Assembly: GCA_963778155.1 (NCBI GenBank) | Contig: CAVZTK010000021.1 | Span: 392,245 to 456,244 of the forward strand | Direction: 5' to 3' | From: an uncultured Chloroflexia bacterium | Lineage (GTDB): Bacteria; Chloroflexota; Limnocylindria; Limnocylindrales; CSP1-4 | DNA length: 64,000 bases | In this document: piece by piece, positions 29,258-39,585 of the stretch | Layout: each line of letters starts with the position of its first letter | Numbering within the stretch: the stretch's first letter is position 1 | Notes under the pieces: model-generated | What the model saw: the letters and a program-made list of their open reading frames with translations, nothing else | Told to the model about the DNA's origin: nothing | Database searches by the model: none | Program-made: the position numbers and the translations under genes

Positions 29258-29296
29258 ACACGAAGGCCTCCGCCGGAGGAGCGGAGGCCTTCGTGT
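29258..29296. terminator. perfect 16-bp stem / 7-nt loop hairpin between convergent mobA and a small minus-strand gene (bidirectional terminator candidate)
   Basis: ACACGAAGGCCTCCGC-CGGAGGA-GCGGAGGCCTTCGTGT sits immediately after the mobA stop. The following U-tract is weak (tcttgg). Confidence 0.45.
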
Positions 29297-29326
29297 CTTG
29301 GAAGGATGGAGCGGGTCAGCGGGAGG

Positions 29327-29536
29327 TCAGACCCGGTACGGCCAATGCGAGAGCTGCGGGACGGTCGGGCCGATCTCATCGGCGGCGAGCGCCCGGCGGA
29401 TGGTGGCGAGGCGGGTGGCGAGACGCTCCCGAAGGCTCGGCTTCGGGTCCAGCGACGCTGCGAATCGACGCTGTCGGGCCTTTGCCCCCAGCTCCTGGAG
29501 GTGTTGGTTCACGTAGATGACGGCGATGGCGTTCAC
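29327..29536 (-). CDS. small hypothetical protein (69 aa) with an unusually strong RBS
   Basis: AAAGGAGAG-N5-GTG start at 29536 in a local GC dip: VNAIAVIYVNQHLQELGAKARQRRFAASLDPKPSLRERLATRLATIRRALAADEIGPTVPQLSHWPYRV*. The longer ORF 29327..29728 is probably an over-extension. Confidence 0.4.
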   Translation of the reverse strand: MNAIAVIYVNQHLQELGAKARQRRFAASLDPKPSLRERLATRLATIRRALAADEIGPTVPQLSHWPYRV

Positions 29537-29721
29537 TGGATCTCTCCTTTCCGCTATCCCGGATGAGTTCCGTGGCGCACAAGGAGCATCGCCCCGACCG
29601 CGTGCGGCGACCACCGTCGTCCGGCGTCGAAATGGCATCGTCATCCGTCCATGCGGCCGCGGCCATCGCGTGTAGTGCGACGCCATCCACGGCGGGATCG
29701 GCGAGCGCGTAGCATCGGCCG

Positions 29722-30270
29722 GTGACAAGCGTCCACCTGCTCCATGCCGGCTACGCCGGCGACCGTGTCGGCAGCAGCGTCGTGCTCGTCCGCGATGGCG
29801 ACGCCCTGATCGTCGCCGACCCGGGGATGGTCGCTCGCCGTTCGCTGATCCTCGACCCGCTTGCCGATCTGGGCGTCGCGCCAGAGGCCGTCACCCACGT
29901 CTTCCTGAGCCATCACCACCCGGACCATACGGTCAACATCGCCCTGTTCCCGAATGCCGAGGTCGTCGACTTCTGGGCCCGCTATCGCGACGACCTGTGG
30001 CTCGACCACGACGGCGACGGCCATCACCTCGGCCCGAACAGCGAGCTGTGGCTGACGCCCGGCCACACCGAGGAAGACGCGACGCTCGTCGTCACCGCCG
30101 ATGACGGCGTCTACGCGATGACCCACCTGTGGTGGAGGGCCGACCGGTCGCCCGAGGTGGACCCGCTGGCCGCCGACCAGGCCGCCATCGAGCGCGGCCG
30201 AGCACGGGTCCTGGCCGCCGCCGACATCGTCATCCCCGGACACGGGGCGTCGTTCCTGGTCAGCCGCTGA
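29722..30270 (+). CDS. MBL-fold metallo-hydrolase
   Basis: Intact 182-aa ORF with HxHxDH (..FLSHHHPDHTVN..) and a downstream His (..IPGHGA..). Confidence 0.8.
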   Translation: MTSVHLLHAGYAGDRVGSSVVLVRDGDALIVADPGMVARRSLILDPLADLGVAPEAVTHVFLSHHHPDHTVNIALFPNAEVVDFWARYRDDLWLDHDGDGHHLGPNSELWLTPGHTEEDATLVVTADDGVYAMTHLWWRADRSPEVDPLAADQAAIERGRARVLAAADIVIPGHGASFLVSR

Positions 30271-30300
30271 CGAGCGCGATCGAGCGCTCGCGCGACCTGG

Positions 30301-31047
30301 TCAGCGATTCGACCGCCGAGCGACGATGTTGAGCCGGACGTAGTCGATCAGCGGCTCCGGCATCCGGGCGGCGACCTCGTGGACGAAGGCGGCGTGCTGC
30401 TCGGGCGGCAGCCGGTCGAGATGCGGGCCGAGCACGACCGTCCGCAGGAACGTCTCGAATGGCTCGCCCGGCTCGAAGCGGGTGGGCTCGTCGGTCAGCC
30501 AGCATTCGACGTCGACGAAGCCGGCGGCCTCGAGGCGTTGGACTGTCGCCATCGGCGTCGCGAAGTTGACCGGGCCGAGCCAGCCGTCGCCGACCGTCGC
30601 CAGCGCACGCTGGACGGTGGCGATGTTGCCGACACCACCGCATTGGGCGACCAGCCGGCCACCGGCCAGCAGGACCGCGGCCAGGTTCGCGAACAGGGCC
30701 TCGTGGTCGAGGACCCAGTGGAAGGTCGCCGTGGACAGGATCGCGTCGACCTGCCGCTCGATCGGGAGCGGACGGGCGAGGTCCGCCACGACGAACTCGA
30801 TCCGGTCGCCGAAGGGTGCCAGCCGCTCTCGCGCCGCCTCGATCATCGCAGCGGACCCGTCGAGGGCCACGACCCGGCCGCGCGGGAGCCGGGCGGCGAG
30901 CATCTCGGTGACCCGGCCGCTGCCGCAGCCCGCGTCGAGGACCCGTTCGTCGCCGGCCAGCGGCAGCCGGTCGAGCACGACAGACCCCCAGCGCGTCTGC
31001 GGTCCGGCGACGCGGTCGTACGTCGTGGCGTCCCAGTCGCGGGTCAT
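30301..31047 (-). CDS. class I SAM-dependent methyltransferase (trans-aconitate methyltransferase-like)
   Basis: MTRDWDATTYDR...VLDAGCGSGRVTEML..RVVALDGSAAMIE.. The ORF track extends it to 31140. Confidence 0.8.
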   Translation of the reverse strand: MTRDWDATTYDRVAGPQTRWGSVVLDRLPLAGDERVLDAGCGSGRVTEMLAARLPRGRVVALDGSAAMIEAARERLAPFGDRIEFVVADLARPLPIERQVDAILSTATFHWVLDHEALFANLAAVLLAGGRLVAQCGGVGNIATVQRALATVGDGWLGPVNFATPMATVQRLEAAGFVDVECWLTDEPTRFEPGEPFETFLRTVVLGPHLDRLPPEQHAAFVHEVAARMPEPLIDYVRLNIVARRSNR

Positions 31048-31084
31048 CGGGCGGACACGGGTCGGCGCGGACGGGTCGGGCGCG

Positions 31085-32674
31085 TCAGGCGGCCGACGAC
31101 GGTGGCTCGACCACGGGAGCCGTGCCCGGCACAGCGGCACCGGCCTTCTCGCGCAGGCCGACGTACGACACCAGCGCCCCGACGACGAGCAGGACGGCGC
31201 ACACGAGCATCGCCAGGTGGAAGGCGTCGATCGAGGCCTGGTTCGAAGCTGCCACCTGGGCGGCCGTCGCGCCGGCGGCCGGCGGATTGATCGGCTGGAA
31301 GGCCTTGCGCACTGCCTGGTCGGTGGTGTCCAGCCCCGTCAGCGACCCGAGCGAGGCGTAGTAGGTCGCGCTGATGGCGATGAAGATGAGCGCCCCGAGG
31401 AGCGGCTGGCCGACCCGCGAGATCGAGTTGTTGATGGCCGACCCGATGCCCGAGAAACGCCCGGAGATCGAGCCCATCAGCGTGCTCGTCAGCGGTGCCA
31501 CGACCAGCGAGATGCCGAGCCCGAACAGCAGGGTGTAGGGAAGGATGTCGATGAGCGCGTCGACCGGCGGGACGATCGTCGACAGGTCGTCGAGTGAGGC
31601 ACGCCACGGTGCCGAATGGACGGGCAGGCGCGAGAACCAGACCAGACCGGTGGCCATCAACAACGGCCCGGCGATGAGGAACCGGCGCGATCCGATGCGC
31701 CCGGCGACGGTCCCGATCCGCGTCGACAGGAGCGCCAGCATGAGCCCGCTCGGCAGCCCTACCAGCCCGGCCCCGAGTGCCGTGTAGCCGAGCACGCCCT
31801 GGAGCACGACCGCCTGGTAGAAGAACGTCACGTACAGGCCGCCATAGATGAAGAAGGTGGCCAGGTTGATCGACGAGAAGGCGCGCGACCGGAAGATCTC
31901 GAGCGGGACGAGCGGGTGCGGCCGCTTCGCCATGAGGATCGGGAACGCGATCAGCGAGACGACGCCGATCGCGATCGCGATCCAGGCCGCCGTGTCGGTC
32001 CATTCGTTGGCCTGCCCGCGGATGACCCCGAACGCGAGACCGCCGACCGCCAGCGCAGCGACCAGCGCGCCGAGCCAGTCGAACCGGCCGGTCGACTCCA
32101 TGTCGCGCGATTCCTGGACGTGCGCGAGGGTCGCCCACAGGGCGAATGCGAGCAGGGGGACGTTGATCAGGAAGGCGACCCGCCAGCCGAGCGTGTCGAC
32201 CAGGCTGCCGCCGACGATCGGCCCGAAGATCGTGAGGGCGGCTGTCGATGCGGCCCAGATCCCGAACGCCCGGCCGCGCTCGGCGCCGTCGAAGGCGTGG
32301 GTGATGAGGGCCAGCGATCCGGGGATGAGCAGCGCCCCGGTGGCACCCTGCGCGAGGCGGAAGACGATCAGCCACTCCAGCGTGGGAGCCAGCCCGCACA
32401 GCGCCGACGTCGTGGCGAACCCGACGAGGCCGATGGCGTAGACGCGCCGCCGCCCGTAGTGATCCGACAGCGCGCCGGCCAGGATGAGCAGCGCGGCGAG
32501 GACCGCGAGGTAGCCGCCGACGATGTACGCCTGGCCCTCGAGGACGCCGACCAGCGTGCCCGGCAGGTCCTGGCCGATGTGCTTGAGCGCTGCGTTGACG
32601 ATGGTCGAATCGAGGAAGACCGCGCCGGAGCCGATCACGGTGCAGATCAGGGTCCAGCGCTGTCGTGAGGTCAT
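31085..32674 (-). CDS. MFS transporter, DHA2 (14-TMS drug:H+ antiporter) family
   Basis: Intact 529-aa ORF (MTSRQRWTLICTVIGSGAVFLDSTIVNAALKHIGQDL..) with 14 hydrophobic segments. Confidence 0.85.
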   Translation of the reverse strand: MTSRQRWTLICTVIGSGAVFLDSTIVNAALKHIGQDLPGTLVGVLEGQAYIVGGYLAVLAALLILAGALSDHYGRRRVYAIGLVGFATTSALCGLAPTLEWLIVFRLAQGATGALLIPGSLALITHAFDGAERGRAFGIWAASTAALTIFGPIVGGSLVDTLGWRVAFLINVPLLAFALWATLAHVQESRDMESTGRFDWLGALVAALAVGGLAFGVIRGQANEWTDTAAWIAIAIGVVSLIAFPILMAKRPHPLVPLEIFRSRAFSSINLATFFIYGGLYVTFFYQAVVLQGVLGYTALGAGLVGLPSGLMLALLSTRIGTVAGRIGSRRFLIAGPLLMATGLVWFSRLPVHSAPWRASLDDLSTIVPPVDALIDILPYTLLFGLGISLVVAPLTSTLMGSISGRFSGIGSAINNSISRVGQPLLGALIFIAISATYYASLGSLTGLDTTDQAVRKAFQPINPPAAGATAAQVAASNQASIDAFHLAMLVCAVLLVVGALVSYVGLREKAGAAVPGTAPVVEPPSSAA

Positions 32675-32733
32675 CCCGAGGCAGTGTCGCAGCGATGCGG
32701 GGATTCGGGCAAGGTGCCGCTAGACTCTCGGCC

Positions 32734-33441
32734 ATGCCGGGACCCGTGGCGCTCGTCGGCGCCGGTGAATTCCTCCCCGCGATGGCCGATTTCGACGCCG
32801 AGCTGCTGGCGGCGACGGGCCGCTCGCGACCGCGCGTGGCGATCCTGCCGACCGCGTCGTACCCGGACGGTGAGGAGGTGTTCACCCGCTGGGCGTCGAT
32901 GGGCGTCGCCCATTTCGGGGCGCTCGGCGCCGAGGTCGAACCCGTGCTCGTCCGCGACCGGGCCGGCGCCGATGACCCGGCCGCGGCCCAGGCGATCGGC
33001 GAGGCCGACGTCATCTATCTGTCGGGCGGCAAGCCCGGCTACCTCATGAGCGTCTTGGCGGGGAGCGCCGTCGGGAGCGCGATCGCGGCCGCCAACGAAC
33101 GCGGCGCGGTCGTGGCCGGCTGCTCGGCCGGGGCCATGGCCCTGGCAGGGCAGGTGTTCGACTTCCGCTTCAGGCTCGCGCCATGGCCGTTGCGCTGGCG
33201 GGCCGGTCTCGGGTTCGTGGCCGCCGCGTCGGTCGTGCCGCACTACGACGCGTGGCCGGAGCCGCTGTGCGCCCTGATCGTGCTCCAGGCGCCGCGCGGA
33301 TCGGTCGTGCTCGGCATCGACGAGGAGACCGCCATCCTCGGTCGCGACGGCGCGTGGCAGGTCCACGGTCGTTCGCGGGTGACCGTCTGGCACGGCCGCC
33401 GCCGCGATCGCTATCGGGCCGGGGACACGTTCGGTTTCTGA
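32734..33441 (+). CDS. peptidase S51 family protein (cyanophycinase/dipeptidase E-like, type-1 glutamine-amidotransferase fold)
   Basis: MPGPVALVGAGEFLPAM...ADVIYLSGGKPGYLMSVL...VVAGCSAGAMAL.. The ORF track starts it at 32665. Confidence 0.65.
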   Translation: MPGPVALVGAGEFLPAMADFDAELLAATGRSRPRVAILPTASYPDGEEVFTRWASMGVAHFGALGAEVEPVLVRDRAGADDPAAAQAIGEADVIYLSGGKPGYLMSVLAGSAVGSAIAAANERGAVVAGCSAGAMALAGQVFDFRFRLAPWPLRWRAGLGFVAAASVVPHYDAWPEPLCALIVLQAPRGSVVLGIDEETAILGRDGAWQVHGRSRVTVWHGRRRDRYRAGDTFGF

Positions 33442-33496
33442 GGGCGCGTCGGCTCCGTCGCGTGTGAGTCGACGACCGTGTGCCCGCCTCGCCGCC

Positions 33497-33835
33497 TCAG
33501 TCCGGCTTCACCGTCCGGAAGCAGTCCGAGCAGTAGACGGGACGGTCCATCCGTGGCTTGAACGGGACCTGGGCCTGGTTGCCGCACGACGAGCAGATGA
33601 CCGCGAAGTACTCGCGGTTCGGCCGGTCGTCGCCACGCTCGTAGCCACGCGGTCCGCCGATGTCGCGGACGTCATAGCCCCCATCGCGGCTGGCCCGACG
33701 ACTGGCCCGGCAGCTGGTGCAGCGCTTGGGGTCGCTGACGAACCCCTTCTGCTGGTAGTACTCCTGATCCGCGGCCGAGTGGATGAATTCCACTCCGCAG
33801 TCCACGCAGTTCAGGCTTCGATCGACGTAGGTCAC
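33497..33835 (-). CDS. zinc-ribbon protein with two CxxC...CxxC pairs (hypothetical, about 112 aa)
   Basis: GGAGGAG-N5-GTG start at 33835: VTYVDRSLNCVDCGVEFIHSAADQEYYQQKGFVSDPKRCTSCRASRR...FAVICSSCGNQAQVPFKPRMDRPVYCSDCFRTVKPD*. Confidence 0.6.
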   Translation of the reverse strand: MTYVDRSLNCVDCGVEFIHSAADQEYYQQKGFVSDPKRCTSCRASRRASRDGGYDVRDIGGPRGYERGDDRPNREYFAVICSSCGNQAQVPFKPRMDRPVYCSDCFRTVKPD

Positions 33836-34268
33836 GATGCTCCTCCGAGACGCGATTCGCTCCAGAGGTGCGCCTTCCGAGGGCAGCCGCATCGGCGGAC
33901 GGGATGGCGTGATGGCGGGGACTTTGCCGGGGACGCGCTCCCAGGTGCCGATGTAGGGGCCCTGAAGTCGGGGCGCACCGGTGTAAGTGACCGGAGGATA
34001 CAACGGGTCGGCGAAATGGGCTGGCGGGGCCCCGGCGGCGGCCGGCGCTGCTCTCGACGAACCGCCCCAACGGCTCGTCGTCGCGCTGGCGACCGTGCCA
34101 CCCTACCTGTCACAATGGCCGCCGATAGTGGAGTCGGCGAGCGGGGAGTCATGGGGGCGCCTCGCTCGCGCCAATGTTCCGGGCCTTCGGCGTCCCAGCT
34201 GCCGCGGATCCCGGCCTGGTGACTCCTCGGTCGTCCGAACGAGCCGCCAGGAGGCACGACGCACCTCG

Positions 34269-35465
34269 ATGCTCAGGATCATCCACACCGCGGACGTCCA
34301 TCTCGGCGCGCGGCACGACGATCTCGGTGAGCAGGCGGCCGCCCAGCGGGAACGTCAGTTCGCGGCGTTCAAGGCCGCAGTCGACCTGGCGCTGACCGAG
34401 AAGGTCGACCTGTTCCTGATCGCGGGCGACCTGTTCGACTCGAACATGCAGCCGCGCCGCTCGGTCGAGCGGGTCGCGGCCGAGCTCGCCCGCCTGGCCG
34501 AGTCGCGGATCCGGACCGTCATCATCCCGGGCACCCACGACGTCTTCGACCGCGCGTCGATCTATCGAGCGTACGACCTCGCCGCGATGGCCGGTGTCAC
34601 CGCCGCGACGGCCGCCGAGCAGCTGGTCACCGTCCTCGACCCGGATCACCCGTCGGTCCACCTCGTCGCGCTCGAGACCGTCGTCCACGGCCGGGTCTTC
34701 GCCGACCAAGCGTGCGCCGCACAGCCCGCTGCAGGACGTCGCCGCCGACGTGGCCGCCGCGCGCGCCGACGAGAAACCTGTCACGTGGCACGTCGGGATG
34801 GTCCACGGCTCGATCGCCATCCCGGGCAAGACCGACCGCGACGAGGTCGTGATCACGACCGAGGAGATCGCCGCGACGGGGCTCGACTACCTCGCCCTCG
34901 GGTCACTGGCACTCCGCCCAGAGCGGCAAGGCCGGGACCGTCGCGTACGCGTATTCCGGCGCCCCGGAGGCGGTCGCCCTCGACCAGGACCGGGCGGGCA
35001 AGGTCCTGCTGGTCGAGCTCGACGAGAAGGCCGGCAAGCGGACCACGACGATCGAGGAGCGACAGGTCGGACGGACCCGGTTCACCAAGCTCGAGGTCGA
35101 TGCCGCCACGGTCGCCAGCCAGCCGGCCCTGGTCGACCTGCTGTCGGCCCAGACCGATCCGGACCTCGTCCTCGACGTCCGGCTGGTCGGCGTCCGCCGG
35201 GACGAGCTCGACCTCGACCTCGATGAGATCGAAGTGGCCCTGGCGCCCGCCTTCCTCAAGGTCCGCGTCCGCGACGCCTCGGTGCCGGCGCTGACTGAGG
35301 GTGCGCTGCCGTCCCCGGACACGATGGCCGGGCGCGTTCATCCGCGACCTCGAGGCGCGGATCGCCGAGCTCGAGGCCGCCGGCTCCACCGCCGAGGCCG
35401 CCGAGCAGCGCGACGCCCTTCGGCTCGGCCGGCTGCTCCTCGCGGGCCACGAGGTCACGCTGTGA
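34269..35465 (+). CDS. SbcD/Mre11-family nuclease (YhaO-like metallophosphoesterase), with frameshifts near 34700 and near 34900
   Basis: MLRIIHTADVHLGARHDDLG..DLFLIAGDLFDS..VIIPGTHDVFD.. The middle segment (..VTWHVGMVHGSIAIPGKTDRDEVVITTEEIAATGLDYLALG..) and the C-terminus (..LLAGHEVTL*) lie in other frames. The stop overlaps the next gene's GTG (GTGA). Confidence 0.75.
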
Positions 35466-37742
35466 GGATCCGCAAGCTCGTCGGCCGCGACTTCCGCCGC
35501 TATCGCACGTTCGACATCGACCTGGCTCCGGGTCTGACCGTCATCCGTGGCCCCAACGAGGCCGGCAAGACGACCGTCCAGCGCGCGCTCGAGCTGGCAC
35601 TCACCAAGCGCGCGACGAGCACGGCCCAGGAGCTCGACGGCCTCCGGCCGTGGGGTGCGCCGCCCGACGCCCGGTCGATCATCTCCATCGACTTCGAGCA
35701 GGAGGACGAGGACGGCCAGCACGTCGGGAGTCTCGAGAAGACCTTCGCCGGAGCGCGCGGGACGGTCCGCCTCGACTACGAGGACCAGTCGATCACCGAT
35801 CCGGCGATGGCCGACCAGGTGATGGCCGAGCTGACCGGCATGCCGACCGAGGGCTTCTTCCGCTCGACCGCGTCGGTCCACCACCTCGAGCTCGCCGACC
35901 TGTCCCGCGACGAGGGCGGCCCTCCGCGACCGGCTGCAGGCCTCGATCAGCGGCGCGGACCGCGGCACGAGCCGGCGCGCGCAAGAAGCTCGACAAGGCG
36001 CTCCACGACCTCAACACCCGCGGCGACCGCAATCCCGGCCGGCTGAAGCTGGCCGAGCTGGCGGTCGAGCAGTCGAAGGCCGCCCTCGACCAGGGCGAGC
36101 TGGCATTGGCGCAGCTCGAGCGCGACCGCGACGCGCTGGCCACAGCCCGCGAATCGCGGGCCGACGCCGAGACCGCGCTGACCGAACGCCGGAGCATGCT
36201 CGAGAAGGCACGCCAGGCCGAGCGGGTCATGGCCGAACGCGACGCCGCCAGCGAGCGGTACGAACGCTATCGCCAGGCGGTCGAGGTCGACATCGAGATC
36301 CAGGACCTCGCCAACACGCACCCGTCGGCCACGCCATTGCCGGTCCTGCGTGGCACGGTCGAACGGCTGCGGACCCTCGACGGACGCATCCGCGAGCTGC
36401 GGGCCGCGCTGTCGGGCGAGGTCAGGGTCGACTTCAAGGTCGCACCGGAGCCGACCTGGCAGCCGCTGTCCCGGCTGGCCATCGCGCTCGTCGTCATCGG
36501 GCTCGTCATCGTCGGCCTCCCGGTCCTGCTCAAGTTCCTCGGCGTCGCCGACCTGGGCATCCCGATCCAGGCGGTCGGCGCCCTTGTCGCGATCGTCGGT
36601 GTCGTCGTCGCCGCGGTCGCGTTGTGGCTGCGGCGCAGCTACAAGCTCCAGGCGCAGATGCGCGACGTCGAGATCGACCGCCGGCTGCGCGGCCGATCGG
36701 AGATGGAGGCCGAGCTGCGCGACGCCGAGGCGAAGGTCGAAGAACCAGCTCGGCCCGCCCGGGCTGGCCGACCTCGCCGAGGCCGAGGACCTGCTGTCGC
36801 GCGAGGAGGCGCACGTCGGCCAGATCGACCGTCTGAACGGGCAGCTCGAGGGGCTGGTCGGCAAGGAGCCGACCGAGTCGCTGCCGAAGATGCGCGACGC
36901 GGCCGCCCTCGAGATCGCGCAGAAGACGAGCGCGCTCGAGGCGCTCGGGCCGATCGCCAAGGAGCCGCGCGCACGCGAGCGGCTCGAGGTCGAGGTGCGC
37001 GACCAGGAAGGCTGCCCTCGAGCGTTCACGCGACGACGAGGCCAACGCGCGCGCACGGGTCGAGGCCAACACCGTCGACGCCGAGCAGGTCGCCGGCCAG
37101 GCCGAACGCCTGGCCGCCTGGCGCGAGCAGCTCGCGGCCGCACAGCGCCGCCAGCGGGTGTTCGCGACGACTCTCGCGGCGATCGACCGTGCCGAGCAGA
37201 CGACGATGAAGACGGCGACCCGCTACCTCGAATCGCACATGGTCCGCGACCTCGCCACCGTCACCGGCGGCCGGTACCGGCGGGTCCGCGTCGACGACCG
37301 GACCCTCGACATCGAGGTCTTCGCCCCCGAGAAGAACGATTGGGTCCCGGTGACCTCGCTCAGCCAGGGCACGCTCGACCTGGTCTACCTGGTCGCCCGG
37401 CTCGGGCTCGTCCGGCTGGTGACCGGCGACCGCCGGCCGCCGCTGGTGTTCGACGACCCGTTCGTGACGCTCGATGACGCCCGGGCGGCTCGCGCCCTCG
37501 GCCTGCTGAAGTCGATCGCCGCGGACTTCCAGGTCATCTACCTGACGACGTCGGCACGCTACGACACGGCCGCCGACGCGGTCGTCGTCCTCGACGGCCC
37601 GACCAGCGTGGACAGCGGAGCACCGCTCGCGACGGACGATGCCACGGCCGCCACCCCTCCGACGGACACCCACGGAGCGTCGGGCGCGGCGACGGACGGG
37701 ACCGCGCCCGTGGAGACCACGAAACCGGGACGCCGCGCCTGA
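35462..37742 (+). CDS. SbcC/YhaN-like AAA ATPase with a long coiled coil and two internal TM segments, with at least three frameshifts
   Basis: VRIRKLVGRDFRRYRTFDIDLAPGLTVIRGPNEAGKTTVQRALE.. (Walker A) is followed by coiled-coil segments in three frames. TM helices: ..LAIALVVIGLVIVGLPVLLKFLGVADLGIPIQAVGALVAIVGVVVAAVALWL.. The C-terminus carries the ABC signature and Walker B (..LSQGTLDLVYLVARLGLV..PPLVFDDPFVTLDDARAAR..). Confidence 0.7.
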
Positions 37743-37749
37743 ACGAGCT

Positions 37750-38599
37750 CGGCTCGGCCCAGGCGGCGACGATCGTCCTCGGCCTTGTCTCGGCGCTCGC
37801 CTGGGGCGGTGGTGACTTCGGGGGAGGCCTGCTGTCCAGGCGGACGGCCCTGTTCGGTGTCGTGCTGGTGTCGCAGCTCGCCGGGGCGGTCCTCGCCTTC
37901 GTCCTCGCGCTCGTCAGGGGCGAGACGGCACCCACCCAGGCCGATCTCGGCTGGAGCGTGCTGGCGGGCGTCTTCGGCGGGATCGGCATCACGGCGCTCT
38001 ACCGCGGCCTCGCGGTCGGACGGATGGGGGTCGTCGCGCCGGTCACGGGAGTCATCGCCGCGCTGATCCCGGTCACGGCCGGGATCATCCTCGAGGGCCT
38101 GCCGCCGCCGCTCGTGCTGGTCGGGATCGCGGCTGCCGTCGTCGCGGTCGTCCTCGTGTCGCGCGTCCGTGATGAGGGGAGCGGTCGCTCGGGCATCGAG
38201 CTGGCGCTCGTCGGGGGCGTGGCGATCGGCGCGTTCAGCGTGTGCGCGGCGCAGATCAGCGACGGTCATGCCTTCGGGCCGCTGGTCGTCATCCGCGGCG
38301 CCGAGGCGGTCCTGATCGTGGCTGCCGTGGTCGTGACCCGGTCGGCCTGGCGGCCTGCGGGGCGGCTCATCCCGGCCATCGCCGTGGTCGGCGTCCTCGA
38401 CATGGTCGGGAACGGCGCGTTCATCCTCGCGGTCCAGGCGGGTGCTCTGGCTGTCGCGGCTGTGCTGTCGTCGCTCTACCCGGTGACCACGGTCGTGCTC
38501 GCGACGGTCTTCCTGCGCGAGCAGGTCACGCGGACGCACGCGGTCGGGATCGGCCTGGCGATCGCAGCGATCGCCTGCATCGCGCTGGGGTCGACCTAG
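37750..38599 (+). CDS. EamA/DMT-family transporter
   Basis: ..NELGSAQAATIVLGLVSALAWGGGDFGGG..(10 TM).. The start codon is not resolved (no ATG or GTG just after the sbcC-like stop). The ORF track lists 37862..38599. Confidence 0.7.
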
Positions 38600-39168
38600 C
38601 GCGGCTCGCCTCGCAGCCCGCCTATCGCATCCTGGCCCGTCGGCCGACGGCGCAGCCTCACGTCGTCCACCTCGGCCGGATCGCGCAGGACGACGATCTT
38701 CCGGAAGCCCTCGCCGAACAGCGGCGGCGAGGCGCCGTCGAGCGCGGTCCTGACCCCCGCGAGCTGGCGACGCACGACCGCCATGTCCACGGTCCGGGCC
38801 GGCCGTGCCGCGTTCCTCGCGACGACCGTCTCGGGCGGAAGATCGAGGACGATGGCGATCGCCGGGACGCCGGCGGCCTCCGCCCGGGCGACCAGCGCAC
38901 GCCGGGCCGCGGCTCGGACGCTCGTGGCGTCGACCACGGTCAGGCGCCCGTCCGCCAGTCTCGTCGAGAGCGTCCGATGCAGCAGCGCGAAGGCCGCGTT
39001 CGTGGCCGCCTGGTTCGCCTCGTCGCCCGACACGATCGCCCGGAAGCGATCCGAGGACAGGATCTCGTCGGCGGCGAAGTGGCGAGCCGCGAACGTCGAC
39101 TTGCCCGCCCCGGCCGCACCGACCAGGACGACCAGGCTGGGATCGTCGATCTCGATCTCGAGAGTCAC
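38596..39168 (-). CDS. P-loop AAA-family ATPase/kinase (AAA_33-like)
   Basis: Intact 190-aa ORF with Walker A (..VVLVGAAGAGKSTFAARHF..). It abuts the Rieske gene (its start at 39168 is adjacent to the Rieske stop at 39169). Confidence 0.6.
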   Translation of the reverse strand: MTLEIEIDDPSLVVLVGAAGAGKSTFAARHFAADEILSSDRFRAIVSGDEANQAATNAAFALLHRTLSTRLADGRLTVVDATSVRAAARRALVARAEAAGVPAIAIVLDLPPETVVARNAARPARTVDMAVVRRQLAGVRTALDGASPPLFGEGFRKIVVLRDPAEVDDVRLRRRPTGQDAIGGLRGEPR

Positions 39169-39471
39169 CTAGGTGACCGCTCGCCGGACCTCGTAGCCGC
39201 CCCCGTCCGCGGCACGGATCTCGTAGACCGGCTGGTCGTACACCGTCGGACCGCGGCGGAGGTGCCCGTCGGTCAGCCGGAAGCGCGAGGCGTGCCAGGG
39301 GCACTCGATGCAGCCGTCGACGACGGTGCCCTGCGCGAGCGGCCCACCCGCGTGGGCGCAGACCGCGTGCAGCGCGTGGACCATGGCGCCGATCCGGACC
39401 AGCACCAGGTCGTTGATGCCGGCCTTGGCCTTGGTCGGGGTCGCCTCGGGGAGGGTCATGAGGTCGGTCAC
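39169..39471 (-). CDS. Rieske [2Fe-2S] domain protein
   Basis: 100-aa ORF with CxH...CxxH boxes (..AVCAHAGGPL.., ..CIECPWHASRF..). Confidence 0.8.
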   Translation of the reverse strand: MTDLMTLPEATPTKAKAGINDLVLVRIGAMVHALHAVCAHAGGPLAQGTVVDGCIECPWHASRFRLTDGHLRRGPTVYDQPVYEIRAADGGGYEVRRAVT

Positions 39472-39585
39472 GTCGCCGGCGTCGAGCTTGACCCATTTCG
39501 TCCCGGCAGCCGCGGAACGCGTGCCGGCTCGACCATGTTGCCCGATGACGTAGACGACGTCGCCCCCGATGATACGCGCCGGCGG

